Notes under the pieces: generated by a model
What the model was told of the DNA's origin: nothing
The model's database searches: none
What the model saw: the letters and a program-made list of their open reading frames with translations, nothing else
Shown: piece after piece, positions 1-9,700 of the stretch
Layout of the letters: each line of letters begins with the position of its first letter
How positions within the stretch are numbered: the first letter of the stretch is position 1
Source: Planctomycetota bacterium
GTDB taxonomy: Bacteria > Planctomycetota > Planctomycetia > Pirellulales > Pirellulaceae
NCBI GenBank assembly: GCA_017303505.1
Contig: JAFLCP010000013.1
Span: 2,446-66,445, forward strand
DNA: 64,000 bases
Reading direction: 5' to 3'
Position numbers and translations under genes: made by a program

Positions 1-351
1 ATGCTGCCAACTCCGGAGCTCTTGGAATGTGTAAAGCCACCAACTCATGGCGTCGGTACGGAACTCGATGAACTCATCGAGAAAACTCGAAGCTTCCTTC
101 AGCGAGTCTGGCTCGGTTGGCTCATCCCTCCGCGAGTCCAGTGCGGCTGTTCAGCAACCCGAGCGTTGATGAATCAACAAGGTCCTCGCGGATGCGTGCA
201 CAATCGCGCTCAACTCGCCAATGAAATCCACGAGCGTTGGCGCAAGCATCTACCACTCGTGCGCTACTTACCACTGTCTCGATGTTTGGTCGGGATCTAT
301 CTCACCCAGGCGATTCGCCGATTTCAGAACAAGGAGACTGCCAATGGCTAG
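1..351 (+). CDS. hypothetical protein, possibly 5'-truncated by the window edge
   Basis: Open frame from position 1 to TAG at 349-351. It overlaps the next gene's start (344) by 8 nt, an operon-like junction. No recognisable motif. Confidence 0.3.
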   Translation: MLPTPELLECVKPPTHGVGTELDELIEKTRSFLQRVWLGWLIPPRVQCGCSATRALMNQQGPRGCVHNRAQLANEIHERWRKHLPLVRYLPLSRCLVGIYLTQAIRRFQNKETANG

Positions 352-2338
352 TTGCATGGAAGCTACACCCAACATGACCCCAGAAGCGATGATGGAACTG
401 ATCGCTCAGTGTCCACCTGGACCTTGGCCGAACGCCTGGGGCACTTGGGACAACACCATCGAAGCCCACCGTCGAGTAGTTGACCAGTACATCGACAACT
501 TGATGCCCAGTCGAGTGACCTATGCGCAAGATCGCGGCATCGTCATCGCTGGGGGTGGTCTCAAGTACTTCCCGAGCGTGTGGGTCAATGTGAGTCTGCT
601 TCGGCACTTCGGCTGTACGCTTCCGATCCAGCTTTGGTACCTCGGCGACACCGAGATGGATCCGTACATGAAACGATTGCTTGAACCACTCGGTGTCGAA
701 TGCATAGATGCCAGAGAGATTGAGAAACAGCACCCCTGCCGGATCCTTTGTGGCTGGGAACTGAAACTCTACGCGACGCTCCACTCACCGTTCGCCCAGG
801 TTCTATTCCTGGACGCAGACAATGGGGTCGTGTGCGATCCAACGTATTTGTTCGACTGCGAAGAGTACAAACGACACGGCGCGGTCTTCTGGCCAGACTA
901 CGCGTGCTGGACTTTGAAACCCGGAGTCTGGCGAGTGTTTGGGATGATGGACATGGCGGAGCCCGAAGTGGCCGAGCATGAGCGAGCCTTCGAGTCCGGG
1001 CAATACCTTATCGACAAACGCCGCTGCGATCGCGAGCTGCGATTGTCGCTTTTCTATGCCGAGCATTCGGACTTCACATTCCAGCACGTCTATGGTGACA
1101 AAGAATGCTTTCACCTTGGTTGGCGACGACTGGGTTCCGACTACGCGATGCCCAGCGCCGGTCCTGGCTGGAATGTTCACACGATCGTTCAGTTCGACTT
1201 CCGAGGTCAGATCGTTTTCCAGCATCGCTGCCAGGACAAATGGCGTTTCGGAGGCAACCGTTTCGTGGACTCATTGGCCAACGAGGAACTTTGTTTCCAA
1301 CTCGTCCGCGATCTGGCAAGCAAATGGAGCGGCAACTTATGGAAGAACGAGGCACCAACCAACATGGAAACCGAAACAATTGAACAACTGATCAACACCC
1401 GAGTTCTTTATCGACGGGTTGGATACGACCAGCGAGTGATCAAACTAGGTCCCGACCGCGAAGTGATCGAAGGGGCCGCCGAGTGCGAACGCCTCTGGCA
1501 CGTGAATCACGTTGATGGTGAGCCGGTACTGACGCTTGCCAGGCTCGATCGACCAACGTGCCACTTACGTCGCGACTACGAAGGGATCTGGCGAGGATCG
1601 TGGCTAGAATACGAACGGATGCCGATCGAAGTCATCCCTGAGGTGCAGTGGAAGCCAACGGTCGATGCGATCGATCCAACCAAGTCGCGGTTGCTCATCA
1701 CCGTAGCCACTGGAGATTCGTTCCAACAGTTGCTTCGGTATACCGGCCCTTTGATGGAAGCCTACGCCAAACGGATCGGAGCCGACTTCGTGGCGATCAC
1801 CACACCAACTCAGGATTGGTGGGGACTAGAAAAGTTCCGAGTGCTGCCGTTTGCTCAATCCTACGAGCGAACTCTTTATGTCGATGCCGATGTGTTCCTC
1901 TCAGAGGAGACACCGGATCTGTTCGACGTGGTTCCCGCCGGTCACGTGTCGATGCACGATGACTGGAGTCAATTGCCAAGCTTTGAGTGGGTCTTTGAAG
2001 AGCGTCGCAACATCCTCCAGTCTCAGGAACTCCCAATGGATAACAGTAGATCGGTTCTCAACACAGGGGTGGTGATGTGCGATCGCAAGCATGCGCACAT
2101 TTGGAAGCCACCAATGCGTCCTTTCTTTCCGACCCATTGTTCCGAGCAGTTCTGGATACAGAACAACGCTAGCGGGCTGCCATTCTTCCAGTTGCCAACC
2201 GAATTCAACACCCAGTATTGGATGCCGAATTTCCGAGACCTAGTGCCGACAGCCAAGGTCGTTCACTTGGCCAATTGTCCGTCGGCGAAGCGGCTCGAGT
2301 TTGCGCGTCAATTCACTTCTTCCCTCGCGACTGCTTAG
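344..2338 (+). CDS. two-domain GT-A fold glycosyltransferase (N-terminal Mnn2/GT71-like mannosyltransferase-type domain, C-terminal GT8-like domain)
   Basis: AAGGAG lies 7 nt upstream of the ATG at 344, so the track start at 221 is rejected. There are two DxD motifs in Rossmann-like context: VLFLDADNGVVCDP and LYVDADVFLSEE. The GIVIAGGGLKYFPSVWVNVSLLRHFGCTLPIQLWY block resembles putative mannosyltransferases. Confidence 0.7.
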   Translation: MASCMEATPNMTPEAMMELIAQCPPGPWPNAWGTWDNTIEAHRRVVDQYIDNLMPSRVTYAQDRGIVIAGGGLKYFPSVWVNVSLLRHFGCTLPIQLWYLGDTEMDPYMKRLLEPLGVECIDAREIEKQHPCRILCGWELKLYATLHSPFAQVLFLDADNGVVCDPTYLFDCEEYKRHGAVFWPDYACWTLKPGVWRVFGMMDMAEPEVAEHERAFESGQYLIDKRRCDRELRLSLFYAEHSDFTFQHVYGDKECFHLGWRRLGSDYAMPSAGPGWNVHTIVQFDFRGQIVFQHRCQDKWRFGGNRFVDSLANEELCFQLVRDLASKWSGNLWKNEAPTNMETETIEQLINTRVLYRRVGYDQRVIKLGPDREVIEGAAECERLWHVNHVDGEPVLTLARLDRPTCHLRRDYEGIWRGSWLEYERMPIEVIPEVQWKPTVDAIDPTKSRLLITVATGDSFQQLLRYTGPLMEAYAKRIGADFVAITTPTQDWWGLEKFRVLPFAQSYERTLYVDADVFLSEETPDLFDVVPAGHVSMHDDWSQLPSFEWVFEERRNILQSQELPMDNSRSVLNTGVVMCDRKHAHIWKPPMRPFFPTHCSEQFWIQNNASGLPFFQLPTEFNTQYWMPNFRDLVPTAKVVHLANCPSAKRLEFARQFTSSLATA

Positions 2339-2357
2339 ACAACGAAAGGAATCCACA

Positions 2358-3062
2358 ATGACGACCTCTGTTTGCTACAAGATCTATGGACACGACTTCC
2401 ACATCGAGCCCGAGAGTGTTCAGTTCGCCAACTGCGTTTTTCACGACGAGTACCGAATTAATGACCTGCGTCCCCACAATGTCCGAACGATCGTAGACGT
2501 CGGTTCGCACGTTGGAAGCTTTACTGTCATGGCCCACCACTATTGGCCCAACGCCAAGATCGTGGCAGTCGAACCCCATCCGCAGAGCTTTGAGCTGATG
2601 GCGAAGAACACGAGTCATATTCCTGAATCGCAGATTCTTCGGATCAACGCAGCGATCTCATCCAAGCCAGGAAAATGCCTGCTGTCGTTCCCTGTGTCGA
2701 ACAGTCGCGTTGCCGATTATGTTCCGGACGTTTGGGAATCGCTCGAGCCTCGATTCAGAGAGTTTGGCATCGAGGTTCCATCGCTGACCGTCGAGCAGTT
2801 CTGGACACAGGTAACGGACTTTGGGATCGACGAAGTCGACCTAATGAAACTCGATTGCGAGGGGGCCGAGTATCTAATCGTTTCTGAACTTGTCGCTTTG
2901 GGGTTGATGGACCGTATCGGCTGGATCCGTGGCGAGTGGCACTGCCGCAAGGACAATCTGCTGCTTGCCAATCTCCTCGGCCAGACGCACGTTTTCAATA
3001 TCGATCCCAACTACCCGCACTCGGTGGGGATGTTTGTAGCGCACCGAATCCTCAAATCGTAG
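2358..3062 (+). CDS. FkbM-family SAM-dependent methyltransferase
   Basis: AGGA RBS precedes the ATG at 2358. SAM-binding block IVDVGSHVGSFTVMAHHYWPNAKIVAVEPHPQSFELMAKN and a later KLDCEGAEY block are typical of the FkbM family. Confidence 0.8.
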   Translation: MTTSVCYKIYGHDFHIEPESVQFANCVFHDEYRINDLRPHNVRTIVDVGSHVGSFTVMAHHYWPNAKIVAVEPHPQSFELMAKNTSHIPESQILRINAAISSKPGKCLLSFPVSNSRVADYVPDVWESLEPRFREFGIEVPSLTVEQFWTQVTDFGIDEVDLMKLDCEGAEYLIVSELVALGLMDRIGWIRGEWHCRKDNLLLANLLGQTHVFNIDPNYPHSVGMFVAHRILKS

Positions 3063-3212
3063 GGTCAATAATCACAAAATCCCGAAATGATTGAGAAACA
3101 TAGTGTGCATCGTGGCGACAACAAACCCACTAACGCATGATGAACCGTCATCGCAACTAGATCAGTTTTCTTGTTTACACGTATAGGCGAGGAGGTTCAG
3201 CCAACATCGCAT

Positions 3213-5591
3213 TCAAGTTGCTGCCCCTTCAATTATGACTGTTACATTTCGCATACTTGACTCGATGGGGAATACCCATCCCTTCAATTCGCCAACGGTC
3301 ATCTTCTCAGGATCGAATCCACAGATGAGCATTATTGGGCAGTTCGTCGTGTAATTTGAAGATTGAGCGATGCCAGTGAGGGAAAGAACGTCCATTCCAC
3401 TCGGAACTGGGTTAGCAACTAAATGTGAATGCCACTCTCCGATGTAGACCATGGACGCGTCTTTCGACGACTCTGCATCAAGTTCCTGTTGGGCGAACTC
3501 GACGTCACGCTCGAATCGAGTTGCAGTTCGAACAGCTTTTGGACCAGGACCAGTTGCTCGAATAACAATCGCTGTGCCACCATCAATTTTTCCAATAAGA
3601 ATTCCTCCGGTTTCAGCAGTTGGAGATAATGCGACTTCGGTAAAGATGAAATCTCTTACGGTACTCGGTAGTGAAATACTACTTATTCTTGCGGGTCCGC
3701 ACGACGGGCATCCAGGCTGAGGTTCGAAGTTAGATTGAACGATGCTAAATGGAGAGTTGAGCTTTCCATCAAATTCTTCCATCGCCCGCAACGTCCACAC
3801 CAAGTGGTTCTTGAGCGCGGAGTTGGATTCCAAGAAGTCGATGGCAGTACGGGCGATATAGCCCGAGACAAAAACAAGATCTACAGCGCTACCTGCGATC
3901 ACTGGACGACCACACTCATGTAACAACGCGTCCTCAGTTCGCTCAGGCACCGATATCCAATCGGGCGTATCTTGGTATGCGATCATTCCCAAGCAAGTCT
4001 TGCACGCGTCAACGCCTGGACGCACAACGAATACTCGCCCCATTTGACCACGCCGCATTGATCTTCCGTATATGACAGGAATACCCATATCAACTGCGAG
4101 ATCGTTGAATCCTGACTCAGCTCCCTCATCGGCGATCGTGCATACAATTAGGTCAACGTCTGCAAACAGCTCACGAACTTCTTCCTGCGAAGGGCTGTTG
4201 ATGTACTTATCGAATACAGTTATCCGCGCATATGGATTTACGTCCCAAATTCTATTGGCAACCACTTCAGTCTTTGGAGAACCACTGTCTCGAAGTCCGC
4301 CGACGTGCCGTGCAACATTCCCTACGTGAAGAATGTCGCCGTCGCAAAGCTTAAATTGGGACACACCGGCTTGAGCAAGCATCTCACCCACCTTCGAACC
4401 AAGTGCTCCCAAACCGACGAGCGCAACTCTCTTTGAAGCAATCTGCGGTGCCACTACTGTCTCATTCCGCTTTCCGATTTCATTTGGAGTCATGCCGTGG
4501 ACCGGTACACATGCAACTCTGGCAGACTCAAAGCGAGCTCGTTTTTGATCGTCTGTTAAGACGGCGGGAAGTCCGTTGGATTTTTCAGCTCCAGCAAGAA
4601 CAACGACGAACAACCACTCTCGTTCTCCAAACCTTCCGGGATAGCAAAGGCCGATGTGGTGCATATTCTTCAATGTGAAATCAACTCCGATCGATTTGCT
4701 AACCATGGACCAAGCATCGCCATTAGGCGCTACTGAAGACAGTACTCCCAACAACCCTTTGCCATCACGAAAAACGCATGGCTCTTCGCCGAGTTCCCAC
4801 CAGTATCCGTTTACTCGCGCAATGTCACCAAAATCAATTGACTTGTGTTGTCGCTGTCTTTCTTGACATTCAACGAATTTTTTAGGTTCCCAGGCGTCGT
4901 TCGAAATCCAGGGGAAGATTGCTTGAAGATCTTCACGAGAATCGACGACCTGATAAACCGAAGTTAAAACTGTTGCAGATGTTGCGATCAAGGGTGGTTC
5001 TTCCTGACTTCGGCCGACGTAGAACCGATGAACATCTTTGACCGCGAAAAACTCACCATTCCCTTTTAGCAGTTCGGAGTAAAAGGTCTTACCCAAGAGT
5101 ATTCCAAAGCCGACCCGATAGAAATGTGCCTGAAGCTCAGTCTCTTTCGAATCTGGTGGCCAGCGGCCGGTAATATGTCCTAGGAACCACGCTTCAGCGC
5201 GGTTAAGAACGTCGATTACGCTGATCGCTTCTCCGCCTTCTGTTGTTCGAGTTTCGTATTGAAACAAACAAAGGGAGCCGGCAGGCATCTGGTGACGATG
5301 ATCGAACATTCTCGCTTTGGGGAAAGATATCGCGGCATTGTTACCATCGAAAGTTGGCATGCTTTCAAGGGGCGTGACGACTGGGAACGCATATGGCGAA
5401 TTACTGGGAAAATCCACCCGCACCGGAAATCTTTTGGCACCACCCTGTGGTCGAATAACAAGTTCCCCATATACGGAAACGTGTCCGTTCAAAAGGCTTC
5501 CTTCGTCGAGGACGAACTTTGGGTAGTTGCGTTTAAGTGCGGCAAGTTCTGCTGCGAACCACTGCGGGTGGCGAGTGTACCAAGCGTGCAT
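3213..5591 (-). CDS. E2(UBC-like)-E1(ThiF/MoeB-like)-JAB/MPN triple-fusion protein (Cap2+Cap3-like ubiquitin-type conjugation/deconjugation enzyme)
   Basis: aa 1-135: prokaryotic E2-like, YAFPVVTP ... HRHQMPAGSLCLF with candidate catalytic Cys108. aa ~386-635: E1 Rossmann fold, VALVGLGALGSKVGEMLAQAGV, plus paired CxxC motifs (DACKTC, GCPSCG). aa ~640-792: JAMM motif, AETGG ... EWHSHLVANPVPSGMD (HxHx7Sx2D). The ATG overlaps the upstream MBL stop (TAATG at 5589-5593). Confidence 0.85.
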   Translation of the reverse strand: MHAWYTRHPQWFAAELAALKRNYPKFVLDEGSLLNGHVSVYGELVIRPQGGAKRFPVRVDFPSNSPYAFPVVTPLESMPTFDGNNAAISFPKARMFDHRHQMPAGSLCLFQYETRTTEGGEAISVIDVLNRAEAWFLGHITGRWPPDSKETELQAHFYRVGFGILLGKTFYSELLKGNGEFFAVKDVHRFYVGRSQEEPPLIATSATVLTSVYQVVDSREDLQAIFPWISNDAWEPKKFVECQERQRQHKSIDFGDIARVNGYWWELGEEPCVFRDGKGLLGVLSSVAPNGDAWSMVSKSIGVDFTLKNMHHIGLCYPGRFGEREWLFVVVLAGAEKSNGLPAVLTDDQKRARFESARVACVPVHGMTPNEIGKRNETVVAPQIASKRVALVGLGALGSKVGEMLAQAGVSQFKLCDGDILHVGNVARHVGGLRDSGSPKTEVVANRIWDVNPYARITVFDKYINSPSQEEVRELFADVDLIVCTIADEGAESGFNDLAVDMGIPVIYGRSMRRGQMGRVFVVRPGVDACKTCLGMIAYQDTPDWISVPERTEDALLHECGRPVIAGSAVDLVFVSGYIARTAIDFLESNSALKNHLVWTLRAMEEFDGKLNSPFSIVQSNFEPQPGCPSCGPARISSISLPSTVRDFIFTEVALSPTAETGGILIGKIDGGTAIVIRATGPGPKAVRTATRFERDVEFAQQELDAESSKDASMVYIGEWHSHLVANPVPSGMDVLSLTGIAQSSNYTTNCPIMLICGFDPEKMTVGELKGWVFPIESSMRNVTVIIEGAAT

Positions 5592-6673
5592 TACTCTAGT
5601 CCCATAGGGCGTTGATCTATGCGTGTAGCGACAGTTGGTGCTGCACTTTGGATCACCCTCGCTGACGACGAGTTCTTCTTTTCTGATTTTTTGTCCTTCT
5701 TCTCGTTTTCGCGGCCGTACTCCTCAACAAGTTTGGTATCCAAGCGAACTTCATAGGTGCCATCGGTGAAAATGTCACAGATGACTGACTCACGATTAGC
5801 TCCGGTATGAATTACGTTATCGTCTCCAACATGATCTTCGTAGAGTTCCATTGCATCATCGTGTGGGTGGTCATGCCGACTTTCTGACTGTTTTGGAGCA
5901 GAAACAATAACGTACTCCGGATCAATTGTTTCAAGTGCTGTCATGTACGGGTCGTCGTCTTTGTCATGCTTGAAGAATGTTCGAGAACCATGGTGGGAAG
6001 CATTCAGAATCTTCGATGGCAATCGATCCTTGTGGTGATCGGTAATGTGATCTTCCCATGCAGTTCGATCAGCGTCACCTGTAAAGAGAATCCAGGTGTC
6101 GTCTTTTCCAATTCGCAAGACCGCGCAATGCTCGTGAATTCGCTTTCGACGTCCAGCAGCATCCTCGCCGGCAATATCCGTCTTCACATAGTCCGCAGGA
6201 GATAGGATGTAAATCTCCGCCTCGCCAAACGCTGTCGCACTGTCGCTTCCACGCATTTCGCTTGCTGCTTTGGAGCCGTGCTTTTTTTTGACTGCTTTTA
6301 TAACCTTCTGAAGCTCGTCGTAGGACGCTTTGTCGTCTTCGCCAGGTACGTGCCCGGATTCCCATACCTCATGGATATCTACTGATTCGTTCAGTTCTGT
6401 GATATCGTCAAGGTGGTCATTGTGCGGATGTGTATTGACGAACAGGTCCAGTCGCCCATCCTGGTCCGTGAGCAGATCTTTCATCAGCCTCGGGACGTTG
6501 ATTCCGTTGTGCCCTTCAGCATCCCGGTTTATGTCAATCAAAATTGTCTTGTAGGTCGTTCCGTCTTTTACCAAAACAACGGACGCATCACCTTGACCAA
6601 CGTAGAGCATACCTACACGAATCAACACGTCTGAATCAGTTGGCCAGAGAACATCTTGAGCAACGTTTGTCAT
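5591..6673 (-). CDS. metallo-beta-lactamase-fold hydrolase (ComEC/Rec2-type MBL), with a long charged C-terminal tail
   Basis: Motifs YVGQGDASVV, NTHPHNDHLDD (HxHxDH), FTGDAD and NASHHGS. GGAG RBS before the ATG at 6673. The last ~45 aa are K/E/S-rich and low-complexity, ending ...RIDQRPMGLE. Confidence 0.85.
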   Translation of the reverse strand: MTNVAQDVLWPTDSDVLIRVGMLYVGQGDASVVLVKDGTTYKTILIDINRDAEGHNGINVPRLMKDLLTDQDGRLDLFVNTHPHNDHLDDITELNESVDIHEVWESGHVPGEDDKASYDELQKVIKAVKKKHGSKAASEMRGSDSATAFGEAEIYILSPADYVKTDIAGEDAAGRRKRIHEHCAVLRIGKDDTWILFTGDADRTAWEDHITDHHKDRLPSKILNASHHGSRTFFKHDKDDDPYMTALETIDPEYVIVSAPKQSESRHDHPHDDAMELYEDHVGDDNVIHTGANRESVICDIFTDGTYEVRLDTKLVEEYGRENEKKDKKSEKKNSSSARVIQSAAPTVATRIDQRPMGLE

Positions 6674-6730
6674 ACTAAACTCCGTTAAATAACTTGAGGC
6701 TTGGAGACGTCAGTCAAACATCTGACATGC

Positions 6731-9700
6731 CTAGGTCAATTTCAATCCATCACGAATTTTCGCAAGTACCGAGTTCATCTCCGTTACAATCTCTGCCGAT
6801 GGCTTTTGTTGTGCATCGCCGAAATCGATTTGGATACTAAAGGTCAGCGGAGCATCACACTTGTTCTTGATATCCAGCAAAGCGGCCACATACTCGCCAA
6901 GTTCTTGCAGCTCAAATGCCTCAAGCTCCGACACAGCCCTGACACCATGCTTTTCGCTGACGCTTCCGAGCCCGAGGCCGGCAGGTCCTTGGTAAGCACC
7001 AGCTGATGTCCCGCCATTGCTACCACCAGAACTATTGACGACCGTGAACTTGGCTTTTGATGCCATCGCGAACTCACATGGCCAATCGTTCGAATCGTCT
7101 GTCAACGACAGAAAACGACCTGTGATTGCCGCGCTAATGGCAGATGCGACATTCTTCCATGGCAGAGTAACTCCGCTTTGATGTGACAATGCTGTGGCAA
7201 TTGCTGCGGCGTTTGTTGTTTCGTTCTTCCATGCAGTTGGCAACGTGGCTGGCAAAAGCGCCGCAGGAGCAATGCTCTCGGGGGGCACTCGAAGCTTCGC
7301 CGCTGGTGTCAGAATCCCTGGTGGTACATCCTCGGCCCAAAGACTTGATGGCCCAGAGAGCAACCAAATGTACCCCGCAGCAACCGCATTTCGGATTGCC
7401 AACTCAATCGCATCTTGGCTTGTCTTAGGAACGTGCACTGATTCTTTGTACCCACCACGGTCAACTTCAACCACGTGCCTTCCGCTGAAGTAGTCGATAA
7501 CGGTTTGCGCCGTGATTTCCTCGCCAGCCCAAAGGCCAGGAAGCACGCTTGGGGCGAGAAGTTTTGGTAGCACTTCTGCAAGTTCGGCATACTCCGGTAA
7601 AACAAGCTCAAGCGATGGGTCAGCCAAAGCTGCATCATCCGGGCGATCTCGCCACCAGGTTCGATATGAACGATCGGGTCGCGTAACCTTCAAAACGAAT
7701 GAACCCTGCAAACAACCCTCGACTAGTGTTTCAACAATCGCCGAAGACTTGAGCATCTTCGGAAGATGCGGGAGTTGAGCAAATGCACCAGCTAGATCTT
7801 TGACGCGTCGACTCTTATCCCCGTCTTGCCACAAATTGTATGGACCATCAGGCAGCAGTGCGTCGGCAGTGATTGCTGTGTCTCGCACTCGAGAGCGTGA
7901 ATCATTCTTGATCGTTTCAAAATGGTTCTGATCGCTAATCGACAACTTAAAGGCATGAGCCTCGTCCTTTTCGGAGACGGTAACGACAATGCAATACGCC
8001 TGACGGATCGCATCGGGAATTCTCTCTCGAGCCTTATCGATGTTGATCTTGAGTGTTTGCATCCGAGCAACGTCGATTGGCCCCTTCTGCTGCTTTTCCT
8101 CGTCTGTGCTTGGGGTCAATTCATCGCGAACTAATTCCCATGCCATGGAATCTTGAATTCGGGCTTCGGCAGCGCTCAGGCCGTCGCGAGATGGTGTGAG
8201 AAGAATGACTGCGTTGCGATGAACTCTCGGTTTATTTGATCCCGAAGTCTCATCCAGAAATCGTTTCGCTTCACTGCTAGGTTTACCGGATTCTGAAGCA
8301 GCACTTGGGGGCATCACAGCGTAATGAAATAGCCCGTCATCCTCAATGTCCTTTGGTTTCGATGGAAGTGTATGGACTTTAACGCCCGCAGCGCTCGCAC
8401 CGGCAGTTAGCGTCTTGAGTTTTCCAACATCCTCGAGCAATCGAGCGCGAACGAGTTCAGTGTCAATCGTCGCGAATGCGGCCGACTGCATTTGAGTGAG
8501 GTTAGGCCGGTTACCCAGTTTCCAATCAGACGGAAGCTCGCCATCTGTTGTCGGAAGATTTTGATCGTCGAGCCAATAACTTTTCCGAGCCCAACGCATT
8601 AGCCCTTTCTCGTATTCGATTCTGTCTGGGCGACATGGACCGACTAACAACATCAAATCGCGAGTCTTTGCGCTGCGGCCAGTTGGCTGTGAGTGCAGGA
8701 AGGTAGCCATTGCAGCTTGTTCGATCTCTCGCAACTTTAGTCCAACCGACTCTTGCTCGACTTGTCGCGCACACTCCAGTTCGGTTTCTAAAATACCGGT
8801 CCAGCGTGTGGCTGCTCCGTCAGACACGATTGTGTCTGCGATTGAAACGAGTTCGCGTGCCGCCTCGGATAAGCCATGTGTCTTGGGTGCGCTAAGAAAG
8901 ACGGCAGGGCCGACTAGGGGGCTTTCGTCCCACTTAACCGCTTCCCGAAGCGCTAGCGCGAACGTTCGCAAAACACCACGAGTCTTTTGAAATCGCTCGA
9001 TCCCCGATGACCATTTGGAGTAAAACACCTCGGTCAATTCAGGATGAAACGGGTAACTCTTCTGGTAACGCTCTTCAGCAAGGGAGCCTTTCTTGGCAGT
9101 CTGTTCGTCTAAAGCATTGATACCCTTGAGCGCTGCGATAATGTGCGTTGGCCAGGTTCCTTTATGCTGAATTGAATCAGGATCAAATAGGCGGCGTCTA
9201 AGCACCTCGGCCACATCGTCTTTTTCAACTGGTTGGACCGCCTCTTCACGCTGCCGCTGGAAGATATCGTTCAAAGCCGAAACGATGTTTTTGCCAAGGG
9301 TGTCGGCCTGATCTTTGGGCTCGCTCGACAACAGTGAAGCCACGATGCAACAACGCTCAACCTTGGCTGCCGCCTGAGTGAGATACTGGAAGAATGACGT
9401 CAGGACATCCAGCCATCCTGGTTCTGCATGCACGCGAACTTTGGCGTAGAGCAGAACTTCATCAAGTAAAATCAACGTTCCCATGCCATCTTTGAGCGGA
9501 ATCGATAGCAAGTCGGACAGGACATTCTCCGCCGGTGGTGTATTTCGTTCTTCCGCCTTTTTGTCAGCGTGAAGAAGCTTCAATCCCTCATCCCCCGCGA
9601 TCTGGTAAGCCAATAAGCTCCAAGGTTCGCGCAATCGCCTTACCGAACCATCCGGCGAACGAACATCGCAGCCGGTTTCTACGTCGACTTTGTCGAAGCA

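Noticed and set aside
221-343. Upstream extension of the glycosyltransferase ORF (track start at 221).
   Set aside because: It overlaps the ORF ending at 351 in another frame. The ATG at 344 has an AAGGAG RBS at ideal spacing. The extension is Ser/Cys/Arg-rich with no motif.
3213-6673. Calling the E2-E1-JAB locus a type II CBASS system.
   Set aside because: No CD-NTase/SMODS-type nucleotidyltransferase and no typical CBASS effector (patatin, 2TM-SAVED, endonuclease-SAVED) is present in or near the operon. Only the Cap2/Cap3-like chemistry is shared.
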